A DNA stretch of 64,000 nt. Origin: Oopsacas minuta. Its lineage: Eukaryota > Animalia > Porifera. Position numbers and translations under genes: made by a program. The notes under the pieces are model-generated. The model was given only the letters and a program-made list of their open reading frames with translations, made no database searches and had not been told where the DNA came from. Each line of letters starts with the position of its first letter. Positions within the stretch are counted from its first letter, which is position 1. The DNA is taken from contig JAKMXF010000022.1 of assembly GCA_024704765.1 (NCBI GenBank), forward strand, positions 883,055 to 947,054, given 5' to 3'. Shown here one piece after another: positions 14,101-23,023 of the stretch.

Positions 14101-17100
14101 TCTCTACCACTTCTAGAATGAGAGACAATTTTCGTTCCCATTTATCCACCTCCTCTTCAAATGGTTTCACAAACCGGGACCCTTTAACAGTGGATAGAGA
14201 AACTTGATTATCATCTAGCAATTGGAAGAACTCTTCTGAAGCTTTTATACGATGATGTCCTCTCGTCTTGTAAGGAGCTATGTCTAGCTCTACTCCCTCC
14301 CAGGTTTCAGCTATACTCTTCAATAGATTCTCTATAGCCAGCTCTTTACTAGCAGCTGTAGATATCTCTGCTATGACGTCAGAATGCTGATCAAATCCCA
14401 GTTCTATAATCTTCTCTAAAGTGAAATCGTCTGACTCAGGATTAAAAGGTTTCTGTATTTCATTTTGTAGCTGATCCCAGTGACGAGGTCGTAATGCATC
14501 GTTCTTAAGATCTTGTATAAGAGGCATAGTACGTTTGAATTGGTCTATCCTCTCTTTGAGGAGGTCACAAATGTCCCAACCCTTTTCTTTAACTTCCCGT
14601 CCGATACGGTTCAATCTCTTGTAAATCCCTTGAGCATCATATAACATCTTCTCAGTATCTATGTCCTGAAACTTTCCTACTTTCCAAGTAGCCCAGGACT
14701 CCTCCCATTCCTTACTGAGAGACCAGATAACTTCTAACTGATCCAATTCCTTCTCCAGAATAGAAATAGAATTATTCGCAGGTTGTTTAATATTGAATAG
14801 AGTTAATCCTTTCTTTAGCTTGTTCTCTCTAGTCTTTAAATCTTCTAATTGTTTCTTGGTTTGACGTATAATCTCTAGAGCATCAGCTGAGCTGACCTTA
14901 CTGCTGAATGGTCCTTTCTGTTGGAAATCATCACACAGGTTATTCACCTGTCTCTTAAAATCTTCAGCCGATTGTAATAGACCTGCTTTAAACTTTTCCT
15001 TATGTTTAACCAGTTTACTTTCACTAGTCGCAAGGAATAAGACGAATTCTTCCCAGCTGGGTTTTAGCTGTTCCAGTTTATCTGTCACCTGATCTGGTAC
15101 AGTGACAGAATATGAGTCTAGCATTAGGAATTGCTCTTGCACAGGTTTGATCAGCTGTTCTTTTGGAATTTTCTCATCCTGTAGTTTCTTAAGAAATTCC
15201 AGCTGATCCCCTAGCTCATCCAGATTCAAGATAGGAGCTAACAGTGTCTGTCTTCCTATCTGTATATATCCCTGTAGAGAGTCTAGTCGTGTAGTAGCGT
15301 CAGTAAGCAATAGGTCACATAACCTGGTCTGCCATTCAGTACAATTTCTAAGGATATTATTCTTGAGAGGAGAGCAATCTAACATAACAAAGTGTATAGG
15401 TACTTTAGTCTCTTGTTGTTGTGCGTTATTAGCTATCTCATTGTACCGTCCAACATCCTCTCCCATAATAGCAACAGGCTTTACCTTGAGACTGGTTTGG
15501 TAGCGAAGAATGAATTTGTTCTTATCAAGCTCCCAGACCTCCTTAAAGCCAGGAACTACCCAGGTTTTCTGTATAAATTTGTTAACTTCCTCCACACTAG
15601 CTGTGACACCTCTAATCACGTTATCTTGTAGCTTGTTGATATCACTATCATTAGTTATGACGTCACTTATGGTATTAAGAAATGTTCTCTTCTTAGACAG
15701 TATATCGGGTAGACGGTTGATACCAGCTAGAGTCAATGTTAACTCCGTAGCGCATGACGTCACATAGTCAGTCAGCTGATCTAGACTAGGCACGTAGTCT
15801 ACTCGTGCGGGTAAATCCTCAATAGAGGTTAGCATAACTTTAACGAGACAGAAAGGCTCAGCAGCTGTACGTCCATCTCCATTAACAGCTTTATTAAGTT
15901 CCTGTAGAGACCACTTTATATTTAATCTCAGAGCCTCTTCTACCAAATGATCCATATTAACTGTATATCTCTGTAGATAAGTTTGTATTTCAGGTCCGTC
16001 ATGGGAGAATACACTAGCAGTCTGCCTGATGATAGTAATAATCTCCTCGTGTTTCTGTCTAATCCTGTCTCCCATAGTTTTCCTGTGAGTAGCTTGTTCC
16101 TTTAGGAAATCATCTTTCTCGTATAGAGTCTTTACAGGAGTTTCATGTTTAAGTAATAACATTTCTGACATATTCTTACATAGCTGTCCTACTCGTTGAG
16201 AATTGCTCTTATACAGAGTTACAGATGACTTAACTTCTTTAGCGTACTGTCTGCATTGAGTAATGTAAGACTCAGACACTCCCTTACTCATCCATGTCAG
16301 CTTAGAAAGACCGGGGTATACTTTCTTATCCAAATACCTAATTCTTTCTTTAAAGAGTTTCCTCTCTTCACCAGTTAATATTGTAACTATTTTATTATAA
16401 TCTCTTACTACAAGTAATACGTGTTCTCTTAGAGCTCGTAGTTCTTCACGTTTGGAATATACTTCAGTTGTATAGTGAGGAATCTCAAAGCGTAGTCTCT
16501 CCCAGTAATGAATCTCCGCGAGGAGTTTAGACAGCTGTTTAGGGAACTTGAGGTCTAACAGCTGATTATCATTTCCTCCCCTACACATGAGATAGTTCTC
16601 CAACAGCTTGCTAACATCTTTATCAATTGAAGAAGCCCAGTCATCAAATACTTTATTAACAAATACACTGAGACTGTTAGCAAGACGATCATACTGTAAT
16701 TTAGCCTCCTCTCCCTGTCCTACATGATGTAGATAGTATGCTCGCTCTAATAAACGCATTGGCTTGTCTATTCTCATTTTAAGTTTCCTTCCCCATGTAG
16801 CTAGACCTGCATAGTGAGGTAGTACAGGGCCAAGTCGCGGGGTCCGGGCATTGTACTCAGCTTTTACTCTATTCATCTCTGCGATAAAGTGATGATACAC
16901 TTCTACGGTCTTCTGATTGAGGGTACGACGAATTGACTCACGAGTACTGAGGTGATGAAATGCATCCAATAAACTTATCCCATCTTCCACAAGTGTGACT
17001 GACTCAAAAGCAGTGCTAAGCGCATTCTGCATCATTACCTCCATCTCTTTTATTCCATTACGGAATACATTCGCTCTCTCATTCCAAACTGTACTTTTGA

Positions 17101-18628
17101 TATCTAAGATGTACGGTTTTATCTCTTTCAGGTCTCGCATATATTTTTCGAATGTAGCTTCTATTTCTTGGAGGCTGCGCATTAGTTCAATACCTCGGGA
17201 ACCAGGGATACAAGGTAATGGTGATTTATTTCCATCCCACCATCTCCCGAAGTGTATCTGTCCTTCACAGACATCGAACAGATCCTTACATCTCTGAATG
17301 AATGCGTCAATTTGTGTGAAAATACTAGACTCGTCTAAGATCCATTGGTGAGCTGGGTTCTTAAAACTGTGAAGTTTCGCAGTTTCTATGTAAAGCTTGT
17401 GCCATTGTTCGCAGCAACTTATACTTTCTTGAATAGAGGATTGACTTGTCCTTATGTTTCCATTGAACAGATCTTCAAGAGAGATATACTCACAGCAACG
17501 AGTTATTATCTCATTACTAACTTTCCTAAGTAACCCTGTCAACCGTTCTGGTGTATTGTAATGTTGTGAGTTAAGCCATATTATACGAGTAATGGATAAT
17601 ATCTGAGGTAGGAGAGATGGGATATCTGTGGGAGATGCAGAGCTTAGATTCTCACAGGGTTCTCTCAATAGAGACAGGAACATTACGTTACTCTCTGCAG
17701 TGCTAGAACCCTCCTGTATCATCCGACTGATCTTAAGGAACGAGGCTAAATAGGAGGAGTTGGTCTCTTTTAGAATCTCAGAAATACGCGCAACTTTAGG
17801 GTCTCTCAGCTGAGAGCTGATACCTGATAGGTTCTCACATCTAGCGCGCCAGAATTGTATCTCCTCGAGGGGTCCGTCACTATCAGAGGTCTCAATAGAG
17901 TCCTGTGTACCCAGAACCTCCTTGATCTGACGTGTCCAATGTATCATAGCAGTTTCCAGACGTTGTACTAGTTCACGTGACTGTGAAGCCATATTACTAG
18001 ACATTAGTGGACCTTCATTTGGTATGTACAGGACTGTCTGACCACCTCTAGCCTGCTGGCTATCTGTAAGTCCAGCTAGAAATCTGTGTAGATGAGAAGA
18101 CAATTCATTCTTTACATTTTCGGGCCAATGACCAGCTTTGAAGAAGATAGGAGCATACACAGCTTGCATTTGTTTGAGCAGACTAATAAGATGGCCCTCT
18201 TGGAGTCTTCCTCTCTGGAGCTCTCCTGACACTTTACCAGTATCCATATCCTCTAGCTTGAGCAGGAAGAACATATGTTTGGGGAGTGGTGCCGACATGG
18301 GAGAGGATTGCGTCACTTTGAGATCTCCACTGACTTCATCTCGAAATATCAGCAATACAGGAGCAGATTTATTGCCAATAAGATAACTCTCGACTTCCCT
18401 AAAATGCTCCTCACTCCATATAACTTCTACTGACTCCTCTCTGCGTATTTCATCTTTGATTCCGTCCAGGAGATCACGGGAGAGGTCCCTCGCTTGAGCT
18501 ACAGTTGTGGGAGCTTCAAACTTGTCTGACAGAGACACGGGAGAGATTGAAGGACTAGTTGGTCGGGTATATTCAGTATCTGGTTGTTCAGGTTCATCCA
18601 AGTCTATCACAGAATTAGACACAGACAT
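5144..18628 (-). CDS. DNAH2: Axonemal dynein heavy chain 2 (inner arm I1/f beta type), single uninterrupted ORF of about 4494 aa
   Basis: ORF 5144-18640 with first ATG at 18628; P-loops GPAGTGKT, GYSGSGKS, GPIGTGKT, GIGGSGRQ; stalk coiled coil; C-terminus WIKRGTALLMSLES resembles the DNAH2 C-terminus. Confidence 0.93.
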   Translation of the reverse strand: MSVSNSVIDLDEPEQPDTEYTRPTSPSISPVSLSDKFEAPTTVAQARDLSRDLLDGIKDEIRREESVEVIWSEEHFREVESYLIGNKSAPVLLIFRDEVSGDLKVTQSSPMSAPLPKHMFFLLKLEDMDTGKVSGELQRGRLQEGHLISLLKQMQAVYAPIFFKAGHWPENVKNELSSHLHRFLAGLTDSQQARGGQTVLYIPNEGPLMSSNMASQSRELVQRLETAMIHWTRQIKEVLGTQDSIETSDSDGPLEEIQFWRARCENLSGISSQLRDPKVARISEILKETNSSYLASFLKISRMIQEGSSTAESNVMFLSLLREPCENLSSASPTDIPSLLPQILSITRIIWLNSQHYNTPERLTGLLRKVSNEIITRCCEYISLEDLFNGNIRTSQSSIQESISCCEQWHKLYIETAKLHSFKNPAHQWILDESSIFTQIDAFIQRCKDLFDVCEGQIHFGRWWDGNKSPLPCIPGSRGIELMRSLQEIEATFEKYMRDLKEIKPYILDIKSTVWNERANVFRNGIKEMEVMMQNALSTAFESVTLVEDGISLLDAFHHLSTRESIRRTLNQKTVEVYHHFIAEMNRVKAEYNARTPRLGPVLPHYAGLATWGRKLKMRIDKPMRLLERAYYLHHVGQGEEAKLQYDRLANSLSVFVNKVFDDWASSIDKDVSKLLENYLMCRGGNDNQLLDLKFPKQLSKLLAEIHYWERLRFEIPHYTTEVYSKREELRALREHVLLVVRDYNKIVTILTGEERKLFKERIRYLDKKVYPGLSKLTWMSKGVSESYITQCRQYAKEVKSSVTLYKSNSQRVGQLCKNMSEMLLLKHETPVKTLYEKDDFLKEQATHRKTMGDRIRQKHEEIITIIRQTASVFSHDGPEIQTYLQRYTVNMDHLVEEALRLNIKWSLQELNKAVNGDGRTAAEPFCLVKVMLTSIEDLPARVDYVPSLDQLTDYVTSCATELTLTLAGINRLPDILSKKRTFLNTISDVITNDSDINKLQDNVIRGVTASVEEVNKFIQKTWVVPGFKEVWELDKNKFILRYQTSLKVKPVAIMGEDVGRYNEIANNAQQQETKVPIHFVMLDCSPLKNNILRNCTEWQTRLCDLLLTDATTRLDSLQGYIQIGRQTLLAPILNLDELGDQLEFLKKLQDEKIPKEQLIKPVQEQFLMLDSYSVTVPDQVTDKLEQLKPSWEEFVLFLATSESKLVKHKEKFKAGLLQSAEDFKRQVNNLCDDFQQKGPFSSKVSSADALEIIRQTKKQLEDLKTRENKLKKGLTLFNIKQPANNSISILEKELDQLEVIWSLSKEWEESWATWKVGKFQDIDTEKMLYDAQGIYKRLNRIGREVKEKGWDICDLLKERIDQFKRTMPLIQDLKNDALRPRHWDQLQNEIQKPFNPESDDFTLEKIIELGFDQHSDVIAEISTAASKELAIENLLKSIAETWEGVELDIAPYKTRGHHRIKASEEFFQLLDDNQVSLSTVKGSRFVKPFEEEVDKWERKLSLILEVVEMAQQVQRSWIYLENIFIGEDIRKQLPGETSEFDHVDEDWKAIMQTLNQDKNALRATHQHKLLDRLTNNCNKLEKIQKSLDMYLETKRQLFPRFYFLSNEDLLEILGQSRNPDAVQPHLRKCFDNLKFLELRKEKSKTFAQQMVSGEGEKVDLHTEVLLEGPVEGWLTDIENQMRNSLHERLIECRVDLRRNPTKRERWVFNWPGQLTLTSSLIQWTSDCTKALQQVKERGEKRPLKSLKKKQVALLEKYSEMVRGRLDKMQRAKIVALITIEVHARDVIDRMAKGSCNDVNAFEWLLQLRFYWDRELDDCIIRQTNTHFQYNYEYLGCSGRLVITPLTDRCYVTLTTAMHLYRGGSPKGPAGTGKTETVKDLGKAMGNYVIVINCSDGLDYKSMGRMFSGLSQTGAWGCFDEFNRINIEVLSVVAQQILSILKALGLRKERFTFEGRDINLISTCGIFITMNPGYAGRTELPDNLKSMFRPIAMIVPDSALIAEIILFGEGFGSCRLLARKVNTLYVLASQQLSKQDHYDFGLRALVSVVKYAGKKKRASPEVSDEEILLLAMKDMNLAKLTAHDLPLFNAITSDLFPGIFIPQLDYSLMTNALATELKAANLQSKEASITKVIQLYETKNTRHATMMVGYSGSGKSVAWTMLQATLTRLNKENPKLSQYQKVHVHAINPKAVRLDELYGKFDHNTSEWTDGILASVMRTTCSDEKPDEKWILFDGPVDTLWIESMNSVMDDNKILTLINGERIGMPDQVSLLFEMEDLAVASPATISRCGMVYFDSSTLGYEPYFISWLQTMPKRLQDPLKALINKHASRVIDFRGKNCRELIPITALNSIQSLCRLLKIFCTNENGVNPDDTENFSRLLEMWFMFSMIWSIGASVDEDGRKKMDNLFREIEGNIPAKDTAYEYYIDVKNRTWNHWDQKLIDGWKYNPSLPFHKLTVPTVDTVRYYFLGNTLVMNLNPVMFVGPIGTGKTLVSSGVLSKLDENVWKVLVINLSAQTTSNNIQEIIESKMEKRTKGVFVPLGGKKMITFLDDFNMPMKDRYGSQPPLELMRQWMDYGFWFDRQKQITKQMRDMHLMAAMGPPGGGRMVISRRLQSKFSLLNMTFPTESQIKRIFGSMINQKLQEFEEDIKPLGVPITQATIDVYNYVSVRFLPTPTKMHYLFNMRDMAKVYQGMLRANKNYHDRKESMIRLWIHECYRVFADRLVEEKDKIMFNELITGKLASMFDVSFHSICKDKVVPIFGDLLNQQQMFYEDLNNFKHLKTSIENALQDYNNEPGMIPMDLVLFRNAIEHVTRITRVIRLERGNMLLIGIGGSGRQSLTRLASYIIGYSVFQIDVTRHYKLSEFREDIRTLYWKAGVEYKPTVFLFTDTQVVEESFLEDINNILSSGEVPNLYTPEDFEPAMTELAPIAKKEGIPDQTESIFSFFIERARNNLHVVLAMSPVGEPFRNRIRMYPAFVNCTTIDLFTEWPKDALTEVAEKYLEEVSFGENSASITKSVATMFVAMHLSVVENSKKMLAEMKRHNYVTATNYLELVTGYRSLMEEKRKELGDAKSKLENGIYKLDDTKQKVEEMSKELSVQKIQVEKYQKECEEYLVVLVQKKHDADEQQKSVASRSAKIGEEEEKCKQMAEVAQKDLDEALPALMEAEKALEALNKNDIDEIRAYPNPPNHVRIVMEGVMTLRGCGTSWAEAKKELGGGGFIKSLVKYDRDNIPDKILKVIGSKYINDPEFTPENVERVSFAAKSLCMWVRAMEKYGKIYRTVEPKRKRLHEAMAKLEEKQKSLAEAQAKLKEINERIDELKLQYDEKLAQKEELRKKMEITQEKLERAGKLVSGLSGECERWTLSVAKYEASIGYLVGDCLLASAFLSYMGPFLSNYRDDMISKLWIKQVRDLDIPCTPDFSFATFLSDPAIIRDWNIQGLPADSFSSENGIIVTRGNRWPLMIDPQGQAIKWIKNMEIENGLKVIDLQQSDFLRTVENSVQFGNPVLLQNVEEVLDPSLAPVLNKAIVKIGNRMVIKLGDKEVDYNPDFRLYITTKLSNPHYTPEISTKTTIVNFAVKEQGLEEQLLSTTVTKEQPDLQNQKNELVVSIANGKKQIKELEDKILYLLNTAQGSLLDDEVLVNALQSSKAVSQQVTEKVKICIETEKRIDGARDAYRPAAKRAAILFFVMTDLGRIDPMYQFSLEAYIELFIISIDKSQKGFKPEERIQYLNDFHTYSVYRYTCRGLFERHKLLFSFRMCAKILEASGKLNKEEYNFLLRGGVVLDRETQMDNPVTHWLEDSSWDNVSELDKLPNFNGIANSFEQYGRDWHRWFTHQEPENSTLPGEWENACNELQRMLIVRCLRQDRVTQCVTAFITNNLGVRFVEPPVLDMQSVVNDSTARTPLIFVLSAGVDPVGALTQLALDLGKTDKFDTLSLGQGQAPIARKLITNGVREGRWVFLANCHLSLSWMPHFNKLIEEELHTKKPHKDFRLWLSSSPHPEFPIAILQAGIKMTTEPPKGVRANMKRLYQTVNEAYFNEVGCAHKFKKLLFALCFFHSVLIERRKFLMLGWNVIYGFNDSDFEVSMNILDIYLQSYPDTPWDALKYLIAGVSYGGHVTDDWDRRLLLTYINDFFCDQCLEEPYYKLSSLPTYYIPKDGSLQSYRDLVDRLPTSDRPDAFGQHNNADIASQIRETRTLLDTLLSLQPQVSVTQGQSSEDKVLDLAADVLKQIPDQIDLAAAANLLADDNSALKVVLLQEIERYNSLLRVIRSSLIDLEKGIKGLVVMSSDLDQVFICILEARIPPLWEKAYPSLKPLASWTRDLILRVKQFSTWAENAQPPVLFWLSAFTFPTGFLTAVLQTGARQNNVSVDQLSWEFHVSTVDDANITTQPKDGVWIKGLFLEGAGWDKKSSCLVEPNPMQLSCPMPSIHFKPVESKKKVKGIYQAPCYYYPDRSGKGGMSFVVAVDLKTGSSPVELWIKRGTALLMSLES

Positions 18629-19158
18629 CCTGAAATACAATATTTAGACAATAGCAAGCAGCTATAAATAAGAGGACATTAGTATATCAATACCATAAGT
18701 ATAATTACAAGCATAGCAGATACGGATATACCAACTCTCACGGGTTATCTGTAGGAACTTAGGGCACCTTCAGACCCCAACTAGAAGTCGGGCCTAAATT
18801 ACAAAGCCAACGATGCCACCAATAATACATCTGTGAGGATTCCCTAATTCACGGACGGACAAGTTTTCTGGAAGAAATTTCAAATTTGTTGTTTGACGAA
18901 TATTTGAGCTTGAAAACACAGAATATTGGAAAAACAGTAATCGCGAAAATTATATGGACCATATCTAAAAAAAGTTTAAATTATTTATCGGCAATAAATT
19001 CCAATCGAGAGGCCCAGGTTCCCTATCAGCTATAAGAATAAACAAAGGCTGTAAAGAGGTCTAATGAGAATAGTTTTCAAGGAGTAATTGAGCCCTAAGT
19101 GCACGTCATATTAAAACAAGACAAATAATAAGTGCAATGTCAATAGTGAATTTTGGTA

Positions 19159-19620
19159 CTATTCAATCAAGTTTTTGGAAAGAGATAACTGATTGAGATG
19201 AGATTGTTGCAAGTATATCTCTTTTAACCTTGCTAGTTCACACTGAAGATTGTGTATGTATTGACTCAATTCTATGTTATGCTCTGTCAGACGTTGTACT
19301 TGTATTTCTGTATCTGCTGTATTCCGTTTTGATTTTTGACGAGACTTCCTGACAGCATCATTCTTCTTCTCACGCTTTAGACGGGATTCGTCCGGTTCAT
19401 TATCACCCTGAGATGATTCAGACATTAGCTGTGTATCTGGCATGTAAGAACAAGAATGTGTATTGATTTCAGCAGTAGGAGTAGGAGCATATGCACAAGA
19501 AGGTCTCTGGATAGATTCAGTATGTGTGTAGTTTGAGAGGTATTGAAGGCAGCTGGAGTTGTTGGGATAAGCACAGTTGTTCTCGAGGGATGCATTTTCC
19601 ATGTGTGAATAAAACGTCAT
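19159..19620 (-). CDS. C/EBP-family bZIP transcription factor (CEBPG-like), intronless
   Basis: Basic region KREKKNDAVRKSRQKSK with the C/EBP-typical AVRKSR, followed by a heptad zipper; ATG at 19620 (alternative 19602). Confidence 0.8.
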   Translation of the reverse strand: MTFYSHMENASLENNCAYPNNSSCLQYLSNYTHTESIQRPSCAYAPTPTAEINTHSCSYMPDTQLMSESSQGDNEPDESRLKREKKNDAVRKSRQKSKRNTADTEIQVQRLTEHNIELSQYIHNLQCELARLKEIYLQQSHLNQLSLSKNLIE

Positions 19621-20441
19621 ATTGAATAATGTTATAATTTTGTATTTTACTAATTCCAAATTTAAGCAGTTGAATATGTTCTTGTAGTTAGATAATTTCG
19701 CCTAAAAAGTTTATTCTTCTACTCTAATATAGCATTTATAGATTAACAAGCTGAAATGTAATGTGCGAGACTGGGAGTGATTCCAGATAACTGCTAATTG
19801 CTAATTGGTTTCTGCTAGAGTACTAATTCTAGGAGATAGATTATAAATCTCAGAATAAATAGAGGTATAATTACAGTTCGTCGCTTATTGTGAACTCCCA
19901 TAGGGACCATTAATCTTGTTCATAATAAAGAGAATCCATATTAAACGAAGGTAATTTAATACGAATGCTACGGAATTGTTTTTATTGGGCCCAGCGACTT
20001 GGTTCATCAAAATCACAATTAAGGATTCGAACAATTGTTTGCAACAGGTGCAACTTACAAAGGATCCACAAGTATTCTGTTTGAAGAGATATGTATCGGA
20101 ACCTAAACCTCAACAAATATATTATTGTGAAATGCATTGCGGAAACAAATATAAAATCAATCACTAATAGTGGATGTTATCACCATTCATCAGGAGAACA
20201 ATACTGAGATAACTTCCTGTCATTATGACAGCTGTCACAAACTGGCTTTCAAGTTGTATTGCGTAAGTTCATAAGAATTATGAACAAATAGAAAGTGGTT
20301 TGAATGCTCAATGTATGGCTTTATACACAATTGAGATTCCATTTGATCTTAGAACCCAGTAAACACATTGATTCGATTAATTATGCAGATATCATCTCTC
20401 AATGTATAAATACAATTAGATTCTATAACAAACAGCTGACT

Positions 20442-21368
20442 ATGAAGCTAGTTAATATTGTATTATTCACATTTATAACTGGGTCTGGCTTTGGAGAGAT
20501 ATTGGTAATTCCATTTAATGAACACCATAACCTTACAATAGATTCCAACCAGCTAGTAACAAGACAGAAGAAACAAGCTCACACTAGTAAACTACATCTT
20601 GTGCCTGATGCAACTGTTCCATACTTTTCTGAGTTGAGTGAACATTGTAAAGGACTTTTGTCCAATTTCAGTGCTACTGTATCAACTTACTTAAAATGTA
20701 TGACTTTCTATTCTAAACCCGCTAAACTGTGTCAAACATGTCAATACAAACTGACAGCTGTTGAGAGGGCGTATAATAATATCAGAGATGACAACATGGA
20801 GCCTATATGTCCCAAGCTGTTGCTAACATCAGATAGTTTGCATATGATTGAACGTGAGTACGAACATGCACAGGAGGTATGGCAAATCGCTGATTGTGAC
20901 TACTGTTATGACAATCCTAATGTTGAGATAGGGAAATGGAGAGTTTCTAATAAAACAAAAGAATTCTTTGATCTTTTTAATAGAACGATAGATTGCTTCG
21001 CAGCTTTTCTACCAATAAATCGAACTAACTCAACAGATGGTAATCCAGGAATATGTCCAAATTGTACTCAAGAGTACTCAGCGTTAGATAAAATGTTCCT
21101 TTCTTCTTTCCAGTCAGAAGATAAGATATGTATCGATATATTTGAAGCAATGAATTACACGAGAATAGTTTGGAGCAGACAATACAAATGTTATGCTAGA
21201 GTAAGGAATTTAGCAGAAATGATTCCTATAATTACCTTAATACTAGTTATTCCGTTCTTATTCTACCCAGGGGTCAAAATAACAATGGATATTTATGATT
21301 ACAGGCAGAAGAGGAAAGAGCAGGAATTTGATAAATCAGTTTCTAATGATTATGGAATTAAATACTAA
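20442..21368 (+). CDS. OSTM1: Osteopetrosis-associated transmembrane protein 1 (ClC-7 beta subunit), intronless
   Basis: Signal peptide MKLVNIVLF..., Cys pattern (KLCQTC, WQIADCDYC, CIDIFEAMNYTRIVWS..YKC), several N-glycosylation sequons, single C-terminal TM helix and basic tail. Confidence 0.85.
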   Translation: MKLVNIVLFTFITGSGFGEILVIPFNEHHNLTIDSNQLVTRQKKQAHTSKLHLVPDATVPYFSELSEHCKGLLSNFSATVSTYLKCMTFYSKPAKLCQTCQYKLTAVERAYNNIRDDNMEPICPKLLLTSDSLHMIEREYEHAQEVWQIADCDYCYDNPNVEIGKWRVSNKTKEFFDLFNRTIDCFAAFLPINRTNSTDGNPGICPNCTQEYSALDKMFLSSFQSEDKICIDIFEAMNYTRIVWSRQYKCYARVRNLAEMIPIITLILVIPFLFYPGVKITMDIYDYRQKRKEQEFDKSVSNDYGIKY

Positions 21369-21856
21369 AAAATTTTGTCAAAATTGTGATAATAATTAAA
21401 GATAAATATGTTGTTCCTTCTACACGAGTTGTGGATTCAAGCTATAGAATATTTAGGCGTGTAAATTTCCGAATTTGTTGAAAAGGGTTTATGATAGGTC
21501 TACAAAATATTATATTAGATTCTATGGGAGTTTATAGGTCTGTAAATAAGATAGCTCATAAATACAAGTAAAAGACCACACTTTCCGTTAGAAATTACCA
21601 ATTACTGAGTGAAGGTAAAAGATTGAATTGCAAACATAACGATTGCATGACTGTAAAGTAATGTAGTAACTAGCGAGAGGTTGTTTGTATAGACGGCAAG
21701 TAAGTGCGCCACACAAATAAATAATTTATTATACAAGAGAGTTATACATATATGTTTCAAATCTCTGCATTATAATTTTGTTGGTGAAAAGAATATACGG
21801 ATATTGAATAGAATCTATGTATTTAGCTATGTGTAAACTAAGATATATAAGGGAAT

Positions 21857-22633
21857 CTATAATTTAGTTAAGAGGGTGACTCCATCTGCTATAGGTAACA
21901 TAGAAATATTGAAACGAGTATCATCTCTCAACTTAATATTAACGTTCCTAATAGAGATAGTATCCTCATCAGCAGTACTAGCATCAAGTACCTTACCAGA
22001 CCATAATACATTATCAATAACCATGAGACCTCCTTTCCTTAACAGTTGATAACTCAGATCAACATATTGACTGTAGTTCCTCTTATCTGCGTCAAGAAAT
22101 ATAAAGTCAAATGTTTCAGCATCATCTTTTATAAGTTCTTGTAGTGTATCAACAGCATTATTTATACGTAAGTCAATCATATTATTCACACCAGCTTTCT
22201 CCCAGTAAGGTTTTCCTATGAGAGGAAATTCTTCTGTTATATCACAGGCAATTAGAGTACCATCAACAGGGAGGACAAGTGCTACTGCTAACGCACTCAA
22301 TCCTGTATACACTCCTATATCAATAGCTTTCTTTGCTCCTATAAGGGAGGCTAGAAATCCTAAGAACTGTGTCTGCTCCGGGGGAGTACTCATTCTATTT
22401 AGTGGATGAGCTAAGGTAGCTACACGTAGGTTTGCTAAGTTCTCATCCTCTCGGGGTGTGACTGAATTCTCGTATATATAACCAAGGATTGGGTTATTTC
22501 TTTTGTGAACTTTAGAAACTCCTAACATATTCATGTTGATGAAACCTGGTTTCATGAATTTATAAATAACAACTCCAGCTAACAAACAGGCACCAGTCCC
22601 AATTGCCAAGTAGAGAATATTTCTGTCACTCAT
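21857..22633 (-). CDS. COMTD1: Catechol O-methyltransferase domain-containing protein 1 (CCoAOMT-like), intronless
   Basis: N-terminal hydrophobic anchor; IDIGVYTGLS SAM motif; FDFIFLDADK; DNVLWSG; LPIADGVTL. Confidence 0.9.
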   Translation of the reverse strand: MSDRNILYLAIGTGACLLAGVVIYKFMKPGFINMNMLGVSKVHKRNNPILGYIYENSVTPREDENLANLRVATLAHPLNRMSTPPEQTQFLGFLASLIGAKKAIDIGVYTGLSALAVALVLPVDGTLIACDITEEFPLIGKPYWEKAGVNNMIDLRINNAVDTLQELIKDDAETFDFIFLDADKRNYSQYVDLSYQLLRKGGLMVIDNVLWSGKVLDASTADEDTISIRNVNIKLRDDTRFNISMLPIADGVTLLTKL

Positions 22634-23023
22634 TCTTACAGAAAGAGAATAAAGTCAAACTGCTCAGAATAGAAATTACTAATAATATCGAATACAAGCA
22701 AATTAAGCTAAATAGAACTTCACATATTAATTATACAAATTTCATTAACAATGGTCGGTTATAATTACTTGTATGTTGTAAAAGTGGTCTGGCTTAAATT
22801 CAAATATAGATTATTAATCATACATTTATTCGTGAAACAACTAGAGTTTCATAGCCACTAATGATAAAAACGCGCTCAATAACATGTGGAGAATTTCACG
22901 AATTATACTACTACGAACTGTATGGTATTTCATTCTGATTCATCTAGCTAGTGTCGTTCGAATGTTTTTTGACATTCAATTGTGAGTACAAAATAACAAA
23001 ACTAAAATTTAAAGTCAATTAAA

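Noticed and set aside
6348-18386. Many plus-strand and alternate-frame ORFs overlapping DNAH2
   Set aside because: Antisense shadows of a long coding sequence; no recognisable motifs.
18744-18758. Possible RFX X-box upstream of DNAH2 (GTTATCTGTAGGAAC)
   Set aside because: Both half-sites deviate from consensus; expected by chance.
20258-20268. C/EBP-like site attgcgtaag between the bZIP gene and OSTM1 (autoregulation idea)
   Set aside because: Single short match with no supporting evidence.
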